Shown here one piece after another: positions 1 through 13,569 of a DNA stretch of 64,000 nt. A model generated the notes under the pieces. It did not search any database. It was not told the DNA's origin and worked only from the letters and a program-made list of their open reading frames with translations. This DNA comes from Daphnia carinata (lineage: Eukaryota). A program made the position numbers and the translations under genes. Location of the stretch: assembly GCF_022539665.2 (NCBI RefSeq), contig NC_081333.1, positions 12,648,001 through 12,712,000 of the forward strand, given 5' to 3'. Position 1 is the first letter of the stretch; each line of letters opens with the position of its first letter.

Positions 1-3000
1 CTGACGGTCGTGTGTGTGAGAAAGGGATGATCGTTTGTGTGCGCCGTGATACATGGGGCTTGACGACGGCCGTGTGCTCCGACATCGCCCTCTCGAAAAT
101 GTGTAGAACGCACAGATGAAAGAAAGTCCGGGGTTTAATGAGCCGCAATTTCGACGATAAACAGCCGTTTAGCAGTCCCTTCCCCCCTCTAACAAACGCT
201 CGCTGGCCTTTTCATTTTGCTTTTCTGCGTGTGTGTACATATACGCACCTCTACACACATTTCCTTTTGACTCGTCGACATGGCACACGGGCCTTTTTTC
301 ATCGATGATGTGATGAATATCGATGACCTTCTTTTATCGAAAGCTCTGAACATGAAGAAGCTCGACTGAACACCAAACGAACCAACGACGCCTAGATCGC
401 TGTGTATAGTTCCCGATATGGGATGACATTAGACCTATATACTTGGAATATGGCCCCCCTTTGTCATCACATCGATCTTTTATAAACCATCTTTTTTTGT
501 TTGTTTGCTATTTTTTTTTTTTTTTTTTTTTTTCTTTGATGCCCTAATGTGGCTATCACAGCGTTTTGCTGTCATCGATCGCTTTGTTTGTTCTGGCTCG
601 TAAAATAAGGTCCGGTGCAAAGTCACTGACGATTGAGGGTCGTGGGAACTATCAAGATTCAACTATAGACTCGCATTTGATCAACAACTAGCGAGTTTGA
701 CAGGAGACGCATTAGCGTCATTTCAATTGCCCTTTACAAACGGGCATTCAAAAAGAACGGTGCGTGAATCAACTAGAAATGTAGGGCGCAAAAGAGAAAC
801 AAGAACACGTTTAATCGGGGCTGCATAACATAAATAGTTTTTAATGACTGCATCAGCATATTTCCGGCGGAAAATCACGACATTGCCCAATTTGACGATG
901 GAGAGGCAGATTGAAACCTTTCGGAGAAAATAAAAAAAAAATGAAGGAGGAAATAAAAATATGTCTGACGGAAAATAATGAATACCTCATCAAAAATCAG
1001 TCCATGCACGCGCAATAACCAAATAAATTTTTGATGCATAATGAATTGCGATCGTTAGCGGCGCGCGCGCGCTCGGCTGTTAAACGCATTTTGTTTTTAT
1101 TCGTGGCTTAGTTTTCTATTTTGTTTTAAATCGTTATAAAGTCGCCTCGTTAACTGGAGCGGATTAACAACTAAATAAAAAAAAGGGGAGGCAATAATAA
1201 TGGCCGTTAAAAAATAAACAGATGGCTATGAGCAGTTTCGGCCCATAATGAAGCCCCCCCCCCCCAAAAAAAAAAAAAAAAAATAACAATCAAAATTCGT
1301 TTGTAGAAACAGTTTTTTAAAGGCATAAACGTTTTGAAATATAAAACTCGGGTCAATGTATAAGAACAATTACTCAATTATAGTGTTTGTAAAATAGCCT
1401 TCTTTTTTTTTTTTTTTAAAGGAAAAAGGCTGTAAAAATATTAAAAAGCGATCAATCTGTTTGTGTGATTTACGTTGCGCATTTGTTATTTTTTTATTAT
1501 TTGGGGCCACTAAATTGCGGTTATAACCCCCTCGAAAAAAAAAAATCATAAAATAATAATAATAGACAGCAGCAGTAGTTATATACGTCTGACTATGCAC
1601 TGAGCCTATATACAAGTTTGTAGCCCAATATGCGTAATAAAGAGATTATTATTACGACAAAAAAAAAAGCGTACGCATTCTATATACGGAACTGCTTTGA
1701 AACGTACGCTCGTAGAATATGAAAAGCGCTCCATAATTGGGAAGCGGGCCCACCAACATTCCAAAGCTATATGCCTCTGTCTTGGGGGTGGGTGATTAGG
1801 CGTGACCATCTCGGTTATGTTCTACCTGAATGATTCAAGAAACAAAAGGAATGGGATTTTTCAATGATGATCTTTGATGATTTCTGTTTCAAACTAGAAA
1901 GCCTATGGTTACATCTAACGTCCAAGTTTAGTTCATTTTATTTCCAATTTCGAGTCACGGAGTTAAAGGATTTTCCAGGTGGAAAACGACATCCACCCCA
2001 AGATAGAAATGGATGCCACTTTTTGATTAAAAACAAATCAATGTTGATGCTGCTTTTTGGCAGTTATTATACGCGCGTCCAAAAGCCTGAACCAGAAACC
2101 GCTTAATGCCTATTTTATTGCCATAAAATTAAAAGGCATATACCTGTCTGTATTCATCACAATCTAAAGCCGAATATCACGTTCCCTATACGCTTTGGGC
2201 TAATAAACTTACATCCTGGATTTTCTCCGTCCTTTTTTATAAGAACAAGTACGATGGATATATTTCACCAGAAAGTTTGGATTGTTTGCATCGTGTCTAT
2301 TTGCTCTTCAATTTTTTTCCCCCTCTGTTTCTCAGCCACCAGGCGGCCTCTTCTTCGAACCGACCACTGCGGGCTGTACATCATCGGTTGGCCCACAGCA
2401 TTGAGCTTTCCTCCCGCGTCCATCAGAAAGAAATGAGGGGGTAACGGAAAACCCATATGAGAAAGTCTTATGTTATAATGGCGATTGAACGCGGCTTTCC
2501 TTCCATCCAAAGGCGGCGAAAAATCGGAAAGAAAAAAACAAAGAATTAAAAACATAAAAAAAAAAAAAAAAAAACCCTTAAAGTTAACAATTTATTTTCT
2601 CTAATAAAAAAAAATAAAGGAGTTTGATAAATAAGATGCGGCGGCGGGCTGTGCATTTGCCGACCGAACGATGATGAACTTGTCATGTGAAATTGTTATT
2701 TTATTGCCCCTTTTTACCTGCCCCTCTCAAATGAATTGTTTTGGGGAAGCCATTGATTTACGGCCAACGTCTATAGCCTTCCGAAAGGAAAAAGGAACCC
2801 GTCGAAGAAGAGGGAGCCCAGCCGCAAAGTCAGAATACAAAACACAAACAAAAATTTCCGTTTGAAGAAAACGTCCGTTTGACACGCGAAACCGACATCA
2901 CATTATCCAAGATCCTCTGCGGGGAGTTTCGCGTGACGTCTGGCAAGAAGACGTCTACGTGAAATTAAAAAGGCCGGGACTTGTTATTGTTGTATAGAAT

Positions 3001-3677
3001 TTTGTGAAAGCAAAGCGACAGCACGAATTGACATGAAGAGATATCGTCCAAAGGTGAAACGATAGATCAAATAAAACAACCAAAAACGGTTTCGATGGTA
3101 CAATACACACACACACGATCATCGTTAATATTTTCATCTCTTTGTCGTCTCGTTGCGTGCCGCTTTCTCCCAATCGTGAATTGCGCAAGAGAACTTATAA
3201 ACGGCAGCCCCCCAAAAATATACCAAGACGAATGTGAGACACTGCAACAGCGGATGGCATTCCACGCATTTCAGGAACACGATAGGACGTAACCCCTTTT
3301 TTTTTATTTAGTTTCTGAGAACTGTAGATTATACGTTGATTTCAAATTCACGGGACTGCCCAATAGAGCAATTCTGGCAAATAGTCAACCTTAAAATGTT
3401 TCTTGTTTTTTTTTTTTTTTTTGTTTGATTGCTTTAAACAAAAAAACGGCTAGGTGAAAGAGTTTTTACAAACTAAAAAAAAAAAATAAATAAAATCTTT
3501 GCTGTTTTGCCTGTGACATGTCTGTAGTAATTGGACACGCCATCATGGCCATACGCAGACGATAGATCGTGAATAATTTGAAAAACATGGTCGACGTTTT
3601 GGGGTCCGGTTGCTACTGTTCCTGGAAGGGGCATCGCTAATAGGAGAAGGGCGTGGTCTCTTGACATTCATTCTCCT

Positions 3678-3701
3678 TATATATATATATATATATATAT
3701 A
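3678..3701. repeat. (TA)12 microsatellite
   Basis: Read directly from the sequence. Confidence 0.9.
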
Positions 3702-6700
3702 AATATGCATAGCTATGCACATCTAGCTTGCTAGATGTACAAGCCAGTTTGGATACTAAATATAAACGTGAGCCAATGCAGTCACACAACAGCCTTTAAA
3801 AACAAAAAGGACTTTGTAAGTTTTTATAGGGAAAGGCCCCTCTAGACACACAAAAAAAAAAAAATAATAATAAAAATAAAAAGGACAAGATGAGGAAAAG
3901 AAACAGGAGCCAATTAGTGGGCCAAGCTAGTTGACGTGGACCCTGAAGAATGGAGGTCGTTCATAACTCTCCAATTTTTTTGTTCTCTCGACAATCCCTA
4001 CATTTTTCGTCGTGTCTCTTATATAGTTGTACATCCTTCGAGAGTTCTCAGTATAGCCCACTTGTATTCACATGTGTATCTAGTCTACACAATTATGCAC
4101 GTCTGTAAAAAAGAATAAAAAATCAAAAAGAATCAGGACACGAAAAGAAAGGGGTGCCAAATCATCAGTCAAATGTATAATGGAGAACAAATGCCAAAGC
4201 TTTATAGAATATGATTATGATGCTGTTGGAGAGAGAGAGAGGCTTCTATCTCTGTCAACCAGCGACCCCTAACTCTAAACGACCTCCATCGCCGATGATA
4301 GAGACAGACAACTTCATTTATCAAGGTGTGCCAAGTTGACGTCTCCCCCCACCCCCGTCCTTTTTTTTTTTTTGATGGCTGCCTTTTTTTAGTTAACCAG
4401 AAGCAGCCTAGTGAACGGTAATATAACGGGCACGATGAGGTCCAATCAATTAACACACACACACAAAATACCTGGAAGAAAAGAAAAAAAAAAAAGAAAA
4501 CGTCAAAAATCTTCAACTAATCAACGGACGAAAGTCGAATGAGAGAGAGAAATGAAGTTGATGAGAAAACCGGAATTTTTGGGAAACGGGAATATACAAG
4601 GAGGGGAAGCCAAAGAAAGAAATGGTGAAAAGATAAAGAATAAGGCATTGACAAGCTGTCACTTGTCTCTGGACATCTTGATAACAGACCTTAACAATTA
4701 CTTGCGCTCTTGCAAAAAAAACTAACCCAGCAACGATCTATACCCATGTTCGCCGTGTGTGTTAATTACCTTGGCGTATCAAAGTTAACATTTTATTTAG
4801 CCGTAATAAAAAAAAAAAAAAAAGCCAACGGCAATTCGACTTTGATCTCTCCAATCTGTGTGTGTATTATCTGAACATTTTTGAAAATTCGATTCGTTGG
4901 GTAGAGACGGCAATCAAACTTCATCAAGACGCTATTCATCCCTTTGATGGGCTCTTTTCGCAATGGTGTTGTGATCGGTGTGTGAAGTTTTTCAACACAC
5001 CCAATCATCATCGTTTTTTTTTTTTAAATATAAAATTCATTAATCACCTGGAAAGAATTTGTATTTAAGGAAAAAAAAAACCTTGGTACTTTTTGAATCA
5101 TTGACGTTCACGCCTTTTGATGGGAGGTACGGGATTCTTGTTTCCGATAGTTAAAAGCTGTTTTGGGCGGAGGGGTTTTAGTCGACTAGAAAACGACAAA
5201 CCTCGTTCACTATAACTTATTGATACTTTTGCATACAATCAACTGCATTTTGCCTGTGTTAAACGCTCAATGAGATGCTGAAGATCGATTGCGAACGAAG
5301 GCAGAACATGTGCAATAATAAACGCATCTTTTCAAAGAATCGTATCTTCCTTAATGATGTCGTGTGAGAGTAAGAAGGAAGGTGACTTCGTGCGTGCCAG
5401 TTATCTCGTGAATCCAGCTCGTCTTCGTTATCGCACACTGGATTATTATTGTGTAAAAAATCAAACACTAGTCGACTGTTTTTCGTGCTCGACACACAAT
5501 TGTTGGCAAAGTTGCGTGACGCCTATCGACCGAGATACTGTACACACCTTTCTTTTTTCCCCAGTCCAGAAATAGCTGTGATGTAGGGTGTTGTGTGTGT
5601 ATGGAGTATATAGGTGTGGGTGTGTGAGGTTGGGGGGAAGTGATGACACAACAACTTAACAAACGGCACGACAACCTGGAAAGAAAGGAAAAAAAAAAAA
5701 AAAAAAAAAGAAAATCAGAAGGGGCGTAATTAGGAGGTGATTCATTCCTAGTCCCGATATGATAAATGGTATATCACCATCAAATGGATATAGAGATAAA
5801 AAACATATACCGCAGTCCAAAAAAAAAAAGAAAAAAAAGATGGTTATGAAATCTGAAATATCATTCGAGCACAACAACGAAAATAGAAATCCAATGATTT
5901 ATGGCACCATTCAAAGCCAAAATGTCTGTGACGCATATCATTATCGATCGTGATCATTATTGCCAACAGTGCGAGCGGCTTGTGTATATCGTTCTTTTTT
6001 TTTTATATACCTTCCAAATAGAGTCCGTTTATTTATTTATTTTTTTTTACCTTGACGAATCATCGTTCCCTTTTTACACACGCATTCCTCGTTGGCCTTT
6101 GTTGTCGTTACACACATCTAAATGTAATGATTGAATATGAATTTCAAGGTTGGAAAGAGCAATCGCAGCAGCTGGTCGCCGTTTATATACTCGATTCATA
6201 TCAACGTTACACTCTTGTTCTCTTCAATAGGCCACCAGAAGTGAAAAAAAAAAAGGGATAACAACATCGATGAGGGGAGCATGTTTCCCTCTTGTGCTGA
6301 CGTCACATCGTCCTCTCGTTATTACACATTCGTATTTTTTTTTTATTAGCGCACGTTACTGTTGAGAATAGAAAAAAAAAAAGTGTACATATATACGCAC
6401 GAAGGCCAAAATGACAATGGCGTTTTAATTAACACGTAACAACGTGTTACACGGCTTGACAGGCAGCCAATCGAGCGAGTGCGATCTTTTCAAAAGCGAG
6501 AAAATTGTGAAGAATTAAAAAAAAAAAAAGTGGGGGGGGGGGGGGGATGTAGCAGGAACGGCAATGATGGGAACCGAGAGAAGAAAATGTTTCAATCTGA
6601 CACGTCAAACGGTTGAACGAACGCGACAAAAGAGGGGACGGGAGGGGCCTCCACAAAACACGAGGATGACGAGCGGATATTAATTAAGTTGTTTCATTGC

Positions 6701-7448
6701 GTCACGCGAGTTCAACAAAAAGAAGTCGACTTGTGCAACAGCGAAAAGGGTGAGAAAAGGCACCCCACAAAATCGGCCGTTTCCCATTTATGTTTTTCGG
6801 TGACAAGTTCTTTTTCATTCTTTTCGTTGCAAGCGATCAGACGTGACGCTCAATCACGGTCCGTCAACTGTCTCTCCCTAAAATTTTGATTCAACTGGTC
6901 AACCAGTTTTGTCTTTTAATTTCCCATCTTTCAACGATAACGAGGAAATTGAAGACTAGCGAGGTCTGATATAAATCGGCAAAAGATCAAGTCAAAATCC
7001 ATCATTTCTTGCTAGCCATCGTTTATAAACGACTGAAATATAAATACTGTAAGTCACTCGATCTGTTTTTAGGAAAGCCTGCTGTTTAATGAGCAAAATA
7101 GAATGCAAATTCATCTATATCTGTCTTCGGACAAGTGGCCTTTGCTGATAGATCTCGGTCAAAATATTGAACTGCCCTGTAAAACACGAAGCTTGATGAG
7201 GGCTCGTTTCACTTTGGGTGGGAGTGGTACACGGAAGCCAATTAAGAAAAGCAAACTGAAACTTTTGCTTTTGGCCCACCCCAGGAAACGAAAAGATCAA
7301 AAGAGGAAACTGAGAAAGAAACGGAAGGACAAGAGAACTTCAAACTAGTGCTAAAGACATGTTTCTTCTTCTTGCCTCATTTTCCACTAAAACAAACAGA
7401 CGTTTTACTTAAAAAAAAAAAATTGGTGTAGTAAATAGCCAAGTAGTT

Positions 7449-7474
7449 GTGTGTGTGTGTGTGTGTGTGTGTGT
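7449..7474. repeat. (GT)13 microsatellite
   Basis: Read directly from the sequence. Confidence 0.9.
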
Positions 7475-10400
7475 TAGGGCTGTCATAATGAGGCCTAATG
7501 GACGGGCGGCCCTCCAAGCCTATTTATACAGTAGACGTAGTACAAGAGCGCTAGCATGTGTGTGCGCTAATGGGGCCAGCAGTTCCCCCTCATTCCCACC
7601 GTTTGTTTTTTTTTTTTAGCATTCCTCACGCCACGAGATTTTCGAGTTTCCGTCGTCAACATGTTTGCCCGAAAAAAAAAAAAAAGAAAATTTAATTTAT
7701 TGTCACCAAAGAGAGAAAGAGAGAAAGAGAAATGTTCTATTAGGGGAATGCAGGAGCAGGAAAATCGATTTGAGTTTGTTTTAACACTTCCGACCGCAAT
7801 CAATAACCCCATTTTTCTTGTCTTTATTATTGCTGTCCCTCCCTTTGGCCCTTAACTCATTATCCGTACACAGGGACATTAAAAGGAACCTGGCTGTGTA
7901 TAATAATTCAATTGACAAAAACATTGTCTTTTACCCAGGTTTACTAAATGCCATAGACCACCGTCTTCATGGTCTTCTGGGTCTCTCTCTTTCGAGAAAA
8001 AAGAAAAGGATTATGGCTGCGAAAGAGAATAAGGGAGCCAACCATGGGATGTGGACCGAAGAAGAAAAAAAAAAAAAAGGGGGTGGGAACAGATGACGGG
8101 CGCCAGGCAGAACGGACTGACGGACAAATGTGCCCGACCCGGTCCAACCCACGGCGCCATTTATCAACAGCAAAGCTCCCAAAAGTGAAGTCCCCCTTCT
8201 TCTTTTCAATCAGCAATAACAACAAAAATGTGTTGTCCTTTTTATGTATAGATAGTTTTAATAAATGGTGATACAATAACACAAATACAAAATAGCAACA
8301 GATTTGTTTTGTTTTTTTGTTGTTGTTTTTTTTTTGATTGATTGGCAGCCCAATTCCAAATAGCAGCAACTAACCCATTAATGAGCTGTGGTGATGAAAT
8401 TCCTTTCAATTTGCGTTGAGAAATATGTTGAAGTATTGGCAAACAATTTGAATGTACCGTTGTCTTTTCCCTTTAAACAAAAAAAAAAAAATGTGCATAT
8501 GAAAATGAGTAGCCGCTGCTTTCTATTCCGTTTCAATTTTGATTCGTTGGCAATCAGAAAAGAAAAAAAAAGGCAAATGAGGTCGAAGAGGTTTTAGAAT
8601 CCGATGACCGCGTTACAAACGAAACATAAAAAGTTGGAGACACAATACCGAGAATTTTTGTCAATTGGATAAAAAAACACGACGTCAAACGAATAGGGAA
8701 AACGTCAGCGATAGATAGAGACAGCGGTCAATCAGCACAACAAGTTCATCTCGTTCAACAGTATTCAACGTATAATTTTACAAGTCAAATAAGCGTATTA
8801 GATTTTTTTTTTTTTCCAGGAATACAAATCACATGATTGTGTGGATCATCTTCTCCTGCCCGTCGGGAGCTAAAAAGAAATGAAAAAACGTGATGACCAT
8901 CAACTATACACAGCCAGTTTTTGGTGTCGTCAACATGATGGACTTGATCCATTTGAGCAGAAACCAGTTGACCTTTAACTATATGCCGTGACACAGCAGT
9001 TTGCAATTGAGGTCTTGGAGTATTATTGAATTCGTCTCGGATGACCATCCAATTAAATGATTCTCTGTTTCTTACTTCCTCTTTGCGTTCAGAAACATTT
9101 GCCCTCAATTATAGCCAAGGCTATCAAAAGAAACTTGTTGCTCATATCCGACGCAATACAGTCAGTACCTCTATAGACACATCATATCAAGTGACGTGCA
9201 GATCGCTGTGTATCACGACCGGACGTGCACGTGTTCTTATAGCCATTCAATAATCTAACGCATTTGCTCTGCGTTTTCTCTCAGTTAATTTTAATGCGCG
9301 TGTATTACGCAAAGGAAGCCCAAAACTTTCAAGAAATTTTGGCTTTAGAAAAACAAATGTCGACACTATAAACTTGTTTGAACAAACCGATGGTTTTCAA
9401 ATTACAGTGAAAAACTGTTTGAAATATACAAGACAAGAAAGACGATCGTCTATCTAACTCTACATGATCGTTGATTTTTGTTTGTCTGATGAAGCGATAA
9501 GAATCGATCGCGTTATATAGGCATGCTGCTCCCTAATCTTATAGACATAAGAAGTCTTTAACCGATAACCTTTATTTTTTTTTTTATGGTTAAAAAAAAA
9601 AAAAAGAGGAAAGGCTTATCCCTTTCCCTCTGTTTGATGTATGATTGGTCTGCTGCAAAAACTCAACTTGATAAATTCTATATTCCCTCGCCGGCCTTTC
9701 CACAAACAACTTTGGATTCTAGTGAATCACTCGCACGTCTAATACGTTTGGTGTACATATCAAACGAAAATCGTTACGAAGCGACTTACGTTCTCGGAAT
9801 TCTATTTAGTTCATCGTATGTTAATAGATAGCCGAATGATAAATCTATTCCTCTTAAGTCCAAACGATGTATAAGTCCTCATGCGACGTTGTTTCTGACA
9901 CCCCCTCTCTACAGCAATGCCCAACCACATCGTGTCCGTGCTCGCTTTGCAAGATGATCGCAGCCCCACGCTGTTTGGGTGTCATTTTACTAACGTTTGT
10001 TTAACCAATTCCATGCCCATCAGTATATACATACAGTATATATACGCATTCGAGCTCGTTCTAATCGAAGGAAGAAAAAAAAGCCCAACCCTAGAGCTCT
10101 ATTACACAGACGTAGAGTCTGAATTGCTAGAAGGTCCTCAAACAAAATGTGCGTAGAGAAGGCCCCCCTATACACATACATAACTATTCCTGTATGTTAG
10201 TTCTACCATTAGTGCCATTATAAATGAGTATGAAGCACAGCATCATCTCCGGTGTCTTATACAGATGTGTGTCTTTCTTTTTGAAACCGAGCGAACGATA
10301 CAAGACGAATGAAGGAATAATGATGGAACAAGTATGAGACGCAGACATTAGCGGCCGAGCAGCACACACAGTGTCCGCCTGTTGTGTAATAATATATGGA

Positions 10401-13400
10401 TTGCTGTGTGTTTGTAATTTTTTTTTTTTTCGAGTTTCAAATACAGACAGACGTGTAAGTTTAGTGGCCCATAACGCACGACCCCTGCAGCCTCTACAAT
10501 GTGAGCTTGTTGTCCAAAAGACTTATTGATGTTGTGTCTATATATCTTGCATGATTTTTAACGAGGGAATCTCTTAACACGTGTTATCTGGCACTTGTGC
10601 CATCATAGGTTAAAAACACATGTTTTTTTTTTCCTATTCTATTCGAAGGGGTGAATTTTTTTTTCCAAAAGAAAAATTGAGGGAGATGAAAGAAAACTTC
10701 TTCCATCGTCGGGAGAGTGTAATTTCTGCGCGCTGGCGCCAGCACGGCACACGGAAATGAGTGGGCTGAGAATAGGGGCGGAACGACAACGTTTTCTTTT
10801 TTTTTTTTTTAAAGAGAGTCCTTTTGACTCTGAGAAGTTGTGTGTTGAAAATTCCTTCTTCTAATTCTCGTCTTCCACGTTGTCTACGTAAAAAGAGGGG
10901 AGACGTTGGTGAAGGTGTCAAATGGCAATCAATTATCCAGCCAGCAGACTCCTGAGACGTTTAAAAGAACAGGGCCACATATACGTCAACGTTTTTCTTT
11001 TTTTCTTCATCTAATAGACGAAAGTATAGATGGCAGAAGAAGAAAATGATTGATGAGGTCGTATATCTCTTTTACATTTCTATACGACTCTCGCGCACTT
11101 CCGATTCTCTTTCGTTTTTTTTTTTTTACCATGAGCCACTAATAAGATGCTCCTCTATCTCTTTTCAATGAATGGCCCTGATGTATTGATCGGTCCCGTG
11201 AGTTTCTATTCCGATTCCCTTCTTTTTCTCGCCAACTCACACGGATACACTTGCAGGGACGTCCTTCGAAAAATAGCCACAAAGGGAGGAAAGAAAGGGA
11301 GGAGTTGGGTCAAAGTCATTTGATGTTGCATATTGCTCGCCTCGACTTCGAAGGAGGGGAATGAAAAAGTGGATAGCTTGTCCCTCCGGTGTGTTGCTGC
11401 TTGATTACTGTGTGTGTGTATGTGTGTGTGTATCTTCAATGTATTTTATGCGGCTGCTTGTTGGGTGCGCCATGTTCATCTTTTTACAGCGACCCCGCCC
11501 GATTTTTGTATTTATACACACACACACACACACACAGAGCATAGAGAGATATAGGCCTCGCTTATGTGTATATATCGCTTCTGTTTGACCGCGCCCATCG
11601 ACATTTCTGATGCCTTGACTCGGGGATATCTTAATTCCTATCTGCCCAGTTTCTATGGTGGAGCCCCCCTCTCTTTTTACACCGATGTCTTCCGTTCTTT
11701 CCCACAGGAGATGCGTTCCATGTCAATCTTTGTCCAGTTTCAAGATTGAAGATTAATCTCGAGAGAGTCATTCAGAAAAAAGATTTAAAACTGTGCAAGT
11801 AATATATTCAAGATAAACGGGATGGTCGACGCAGGCCAAAGAAAAAGGTCAAATGCATTTCATAGAAAAAAGAGATAAATGAGCGCAACAACCTTATGAT
11901 CTAAAAAGGGGTGCGGGAATAAGGGGTTGAGTATCCTTATCTCTATTGGTTGTGTCAAATTGCTTCTTATTTTTTTTTTTTTTTTCCCCATCGACTTCTT
12001 CACGAGGTCACGTTTTTATAATTAGTCGGCTGATACGGACGGACATATTTATGACGGCCGGATCTTGAAAATGCGTCAATGCGAAACGTCGCAACTTGTT
12101 CATCAACGCGCGAGTTGAACGTACCAGTTTGTTCGAGTTATTGACGCTTGAATAAAAATGAAATTAGAATTATAAAAAAAAAAAAAAAAGGTCAGATAAG
12201 AGAAAAAAAAAAAAAAAAAGAAAAAACAAATGAACGCAACTGACGGCCCGTCCGTTGATTACGTTGGAAAGTTTTCTTTAGAGACTTTATTAGGAGGCAC
12301 TGAAATAACGCCACTCCCTAATTGTGTTGCTGTAACATACGAAGGGCTCTGAAAATTAGCATATTGCAGAGCCATTGAACGAGAGAAGAAGCCAAAATCA
12401 CGGCCAACTTTTGTCACTTTGTCGTTATCAGTGAAAGGTTCACGTTTCATTGCGTGCGTGTAACTTGCGACCAGTAGAAAATAAGGAGTTGTGTGTCCAC
12501 TTTGTTCTTTGTTTGTTCCTCAATCTTGTTTTTTTTTTCTCGTGTCTTCTTTCGTTGTGTGTTCATCTACTTACCCGACAGCTAAATTCATCCTGATAAA
12601 AAAAAAAAAAACGGTCGTCTATTTTTTTTTTTTTTTTAAATTTACATAAAGTTTCTCCATTGTGGCGTCCATTAAAAACGAACCTGACCAACGGGGCTGT
12701 TTAGAAGCTGCCGGACAAACACAAGAGCCATCAGTAGCTAACACGGCCCGGTCTATTAACCACAAACCATTTCATTTTGTTGAGAGGGCAATAACGACTT
12801 TCTGTTGTTGTGCGCCTTCGACCATTAGAGCCAAACACACACGGCTGTTGTTGTTTTTTTTTTTTTTTCGTGAAACCGATATCCAAACATTCACTATCCC
12901 CAACTTGCCCACCTCCCGCGCGCTCATCATTAGTTACCGTATAGACCGCAGATGTGGCTCGTTACAAGTGCCGCGATTGGCCTGGTTTTTCATATGAACA
13001 GATGGGGGGTGGGGGGGGGCTCTTCGTAATGCTATGGTGGTTGTTATTATGCGTCGCAGTATAAGAGAAAAATTGCATTAGAAAAACAAAAAAGTTGGGG
13101 GCTTTTACGTCATTAGTCGAATGACAAAATGGCGCAAATAGAAATTGTGAAACAAGAGCCAACGTCCCTAATCGCTTTTCCCACACATTCGATGTGTAGG
13201 TGGGGGGGGGGGGGTAGTGGATGAAGAAATTTTTTGTAAAATGACAGATGATTGCATTTCTCTGATTTAATCCAGCGGAAAGTTCAGGTTATTTTCAGCG
13301 ACACCTTTAAACTACGATCAAAAACCGGCATGTATGTACGTGTAAGCAAAACTGACTCTATTGGAGTCAAATCGAAAAGAAAAATAACATTCTTCCCTCC

Positions 13401-13538
13401 CCCAGTCCCCCGAAAAAAATTGAATTGGTTGCGGATCGACAATGTCGATGGAATGTACGGAATGCCTGTTCATATTTCCCCCCCCCCCAATAGGCGCAGT
13501 AATAACACAGCAACAAACGCATATTTATTTATTAAGAA

Positions 13539-13569
<31 letters not shown>

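Noticed and set aside
1059..1072. Short (GC)n alternating run (Z-DNA potential)
   Set aside because: Only about 6 units, with no supporting context.
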